In this document: positions 60,097-64,000 of the stretch, piece by piece
Numbering within the stretch: the stretch's first letter is position 1
Layout: each line of letters opens with the position of its first letter
Assembly (NCBI GenBank): GCA_000004695.1
Contig: CM000152.2
Location: 192,001-256,000, forward strand
Length of the DNA stretch: 64,000 nucleotides
Source: Dictyostelium discoideum
Lineage: Eukaryota
Direction of reading: 5' to 3'
Made by a program: the position numbers and the translations under genes
Notes under the pieces: generated by a model
What the model was told of the DNA's origin: nothing
Databases searched by the model: none
The model's input: the letters and a program-made list of their open reading frames with translations, nothing else

Positions 60097-60103
60097 CTAT
60101 CAT
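57687..60103 (-). CDS. Acyl-CoA synthetase of the acetyl/propionyl-CoA synthetase (ACSS-like, AMP-binding) family of about 706 aa in four exons: 59916..60103, 58018..59835, 57872..57927 (56-nt micro-exon) and 57687..57784.
   Basis: The ACS N-terminal region is FSFWNDVAKKYVHW|W|DKEYENIYNSNNNEWFSGGLLNACYNALDKHIVNGGGEEIAFVHE. The AMP-binding motif is TSGTTSKPKAIV. The micro-exon encodes the conserved LPKTRTGKRIKSLLTSIFN (cf LPKTRSGKIMRR). A coding (PT)10 tract from (TGGTGT)n is present. Splice phases 2,2,1 all close. Track ORF 58014..59708 ends at a TAA that is really the GTAAGT donor (ttgTAAgtg). Confidence 0.85.
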
Positions 60104-60380
60104 TTTATTAACTATCCAATAATAGTGATTTTATACATATATTATTTTGAATTTCTATTATTTGTGTGTTTATAATTTAAAATAATTAAAAGTAAAAAAA
60201 AAAAAAAAAAATAATAAAAATTTAACACAACAAATCTGTTTTTTTTGTTGTGTTAAATTTTTATTATTTTTTTTTTTTTTATTTCTTTTAATTTTTTAAT
60301 AAATAAAAAAGGATATATATTTTTTTTTTTTTTTTTTTTTTTATATTTATAAATGTAATAAAATTTTATTTAAATATATT

Positions 60381-63025
60381 TTAATTTCTAAAATCTCTAA
60401 TTTCATTAATAATTTCATTTGCTTTTCTTAAAATTTCGATCATAGCTTTACAAGATTTTCTCTTACTAGAGATTTGTGGTGATTCCTCTAATAATTCATC
60501 AAACAATTCCTCTTTGTAGAGGGCTGCAACCAATTCATTTTGAATGTGTTCTTTTGATTGATTGACCAAGAAATGCATAATTGATTTTGGAACTGAATCC
60601 TTAACATTCTTTTTAACGATATTAAAATAGGAAATTAAAAGTTCACGAATTAATTCAGTTTCAAATTTCTCTTTACTTGTTAAATCATCTGGTGCTTTAA
60701 TAATTGATGGTACTTGATTTAATTTATCACCTCTACCATAGAAATCATCTTGATAACGATTATAACTACTATTATTGCTGCTACTATTATTATTATTATT
60801 ATAACTAGTTTTATATTGTGATTGTGATGATTGTTGTAATTGTTGTGATGATGAAGATGATGATTGTTGACCACCAAAAGTATTATAATTATTACCGCTA
60901 TTACTACTTGAATTAATTGGTGATGTTGGATTATTTGAATTATTACTATTATTAGCACCACCATATTGACCTAAAGATGGATCAGGTGAAGCTCTGAAAA
61001 AAGATGAAAAGAAAGAACCTTGTTGATGATCTTGTCTATTATTATTATTGTTATTATTATTATTATTGTTTGGACCATTTTGTGGGATTGAACTTGGTTT
61101 AGATTGATTTGGAGGCATATTTTGTGGACCTTTATTAAGTTGATTTGGTTGTTGATTTGGTTGTTGTTGAGCTGGTGGACCACCTGGATATTTATTTTGA
61201 CCTTGTTGTTGTTGTTGTAAGAATGGATTTGTACTTTGATTTTGTTGATTCATATTTTGTTGATTCATATTTTGTTGATTTACATTCATATTACCATTAT
61301 CACCCTTTTGATTATTATTGATACCATTTTGTTGTTGTTGTTGTTGTTGTTGCTGTTGTTGTTGTTGATATTGATCTTGTAATTGTTGAAGATGATTTTG
61401 TTGTTGGAGTTGTTGTTTTTTATATAATGATTCAAAGATACCTTCACCACCTACAAAATCTGGATGAGAAGTATTGATGAAAGCTGTTTCAATTTTTATG
61501 AGATGTTCAATCATTGTTTTGGTTGGTACTTTATGTTTTTGAAGAAGATTATTGACCACTTCGATTACTCTAGCTTTGAGATTAATGAAACGTGACAATT
61601 CCTTAGCCTCCAATTGTGAGACGATTCTTTGAAGTTCATCATAGACATATTCAACACATTGAGCACTTGGTTCCTCCAAACGAACGACTTGTTTCTTTAC
61701 CAAGAGTTCAAAGGAGATTTCAGGAATGAAGAGGGCAGCTCTTGGACCTGTAGCATTACGCATGGTGGTTCTAATATCGTTGAGAGAAATGCCTTCCAAA
61801 GGATCGATATTATTGACACAATGAGAGTAGATCTCATTGAAAATATAAGAGATACGAGCACCACCATAGAGTTCATTATTGGAGAGATCGGTGAGTTTAC
61901 CATCGATGGCATCTTTGAAATTGCTACTAAAGATAGTGATAATTTGTAAGAGGAGGGCGCCTTGGCTATTCTTTGTATCGTATAAAGGGTCGCCATAGGT
62001 AGACAATTCACCTTGGACATCGGATAACATTTTACTGACCTTTACCTTTAGGTCTGGGAGGGTGTCTCTAATGTGAAACATTAATAATTTATTGAGAGTT
62101 TTCGAGAGGTAGGCTGTACCTGAACGATTGGCAATTGATTTATAGATTGGATGATTCTTAAAGTAGAGTATCTCACTCTTTAATGACTCTCTAATGGATT
62201 TCTTTGCAATGATATCCTCCTGACTACGATTGATGACACCAATGAAACCCAATGTCAATGGAATGACACGACCGGTCAACACCTCCATAGCGTCGGTACC
62301 TTTATCCATTAAATCCAATTTAGTGATGACACCAATGGTTCTCTTACCCTCTGGATCCACCTCTTTAGCCAATTGCAAGGCATCAGAATTTGCTAAATCA
62401 GTATTTGCTGGTGTCACTGCAACGATAATAGCATTTTGTTTCTTTATGTAGGCCATTACCATTCTACGAATTTGTTGTTCAATATCAGTAGGTTGATCAC
62501 CAACTGGTACCTTGGTTATACCTGGTAAATCCACCAATGTCAAGTTTACAACATGTGGTGAATAGATCTTTAAATTGATTGGTTGTGCTGAAATACCTTT
62601 ATTCTTACCTGTCATTCTATCAGTATCACGTATAATCTCTTCTCTAATCTCTGAGAAATCATAAAACATATCATTTGGTTTATGTAAAAATTCACCCCAT
62701 TCTTGAGTTTGTGATCCTTTAATTTTATAATAATAATAATAAATAAATAATAATTAGTATTTTATAAATATATATATAATATATATAAAAATTACATACC
62801 ATCATCAGCAATTGGTAAATGAGTTAATTGTAAAATCAAAGGTCTTCTTGTTACAATACCAGAACCTCTTGGTAAAAAATCACGACCTACTATATTTTCA
62901 AGTACACTACTTTTACCTGAAGATTGACTACCAACAACAACGATTTGTGGTAAATCCAATGGGTCTGATCCTAATGTATTAAATACATCTTGAAGTTTAT
63001 TAATAACTGGGATTAATTGATCCAT
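60381..63025 (-). CDS. dymA: Dynamin A: GTPase domain, Q/N/S-rich insertion and GED. 853 aa reconstructed. Exon 1 is 62800..63025, the intron is 62717..62799, and exon 2 is 60381..62716.
   Basis: The N-terminus is [67 protein letters not shown], with the dynamin G1-G4 motifs. The phase-1 GTATGT...TTAAAG intron joins ...PIADD|G|[27 protein letters not shown]... A long QNS-rich middle insert and a C-terminal GED ([27 protein letters not shown]) follow. The 853-aa total matches my recollection of D. discoideum DymA. Confidence 0.93.
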
Positions 63026-64000
63026 TTATTATTATTATTATTACTATATATTTAGTTTATTGGTGTGTGTATGTATGTGTGTGTGTGTTTGTTTATTGTT
63101 TATTATTAGTTCGAGTGTGTGGGTTATTTTTTTATTTTTTATTTTTTATTTTTTTTTATAAGTATAGTTTTTTTTAATATTTGTGTGTTGTGAGTTTTAT
63201 TTTTCTTTATTCTTTTTATTTTTTATTTAAATTTTTATTTTATTTTATTTTATTTTATTTTATTTTATTTATTATTATATTACATGCAATAAAATGAAAT
63301 TAATTTAATATTAATGGATTATATTGGGATGAAAAAAAAAAAAAAAAAAAAAAAAAAATTTAAAAAAAATCTATTTGAACGAATTAAAATTTTTAAAAAA
63401 AAAAATTAAAAAAAAAAAAATAAAAAATTAAAAAAAATAAAAAAAAAAAAATAAAATAAAATAATTTAAAAAATTATATTCAAATACAAACGTTGAAAAC
63501 AATTACTCTCCCAGAAATTTGAGTAAAACTTAATTTTTTAAACATTTTTTTTAAATTGAATCAAATGTAACCAAAGTAATACGTAGTTTAAAAATAAAAA
63601 ACTATATAATATATATATTTTTTTTTAAGTAGGGATAAAAAAAAAATAAAAAAAAAAAAAAAAAGAGTTTTATTTTATTTAATATTATTTTAATTATTTT
63701 TTATTTTTTTTAATTATTTATTATTTTATTGATTAAAAAATTGGGATTTGAGATTTGGGAAAAAAAAAAAAAATATATATATTTTCATTTTTTTTTTTTC
63801 ATTTTTTTTTTTTTTTTAACAATTTAATTTTATTTATTTTTAATATGGATTTAGTACAGAAAAATAAAACACTCAAAAATACACAAAATGATATGAAATA
63901 TAAAAAAAATGAATGTAAAATATATATGCTTTTTGAATTTTTTAATTATTTTATTTTTTTTTTATTTTTTTTTTTTTTAATTTTAAATTCAAAGAATCAA

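Overview
This window is eukaryotic, not prokaryotic. It is about 77% A+T, with homopolymer A/T runs between genes, short AT-rich introns with GTAAGT/GTATGT donors and (T)nAG acceptors, and coding poly-Asn/Gln/Ser tracts. This is the signature of Dictyostelium discoideum nuclear DNA. A dynamin I recognise as dynamin A (dymA) reconstructs to exactly 853 aa across two exons at the 3' end. Because the six-frame ORF track ignores introns (and shows M for TTG/GTG starts), I re-derived exon/intron structures by hand. Splice phases close for almost every gene; all coordinates were hand-counted and may be off by a few nt. There are about 24 protein-coding loci (roughly 1 gene per 2.6 kb). They are a CorA/Mrs2 Mg2+ channel (3' part), an ELMO-domain protein, an ILVBL/HACL2-like TPP enzyme, Fcf2, a RasGEF, a divergent ARF-like GTPase, an SLC33A1-like acetyl-CoA transporter, a TMEM115-like protein, mitochondrial-type Lon protease, a FNIP-repeat protein, a RhoGAP-SH3 protein, two long low-complexity N/Q-rich proteins, a GH18 class-III-like protein, an AKTIP/FTS-like inactive E2, an N-rich protein with a possible NDT80/p53-like C-terminal domain, two tandem EXD2-like exonuclease-HNH paralogs, a secreted Dicty-CTDC Cys-repeat protein, an ACSS-like acyl-CoA synthetase with an adjacent decayed duplicate (pseudogene), and dymA. 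I found no RNA genes, CRISPR arrays or prokaryotic-style defence or mobile systems. The most interesting structures are the two tandem duplications (EXD2-like pair; ACS gene plus pseudogene), a 4.4-kb ORF-free AT-rich block carrying isolated higher-GC islands, and a Lon gene whose start codon cannot be found.
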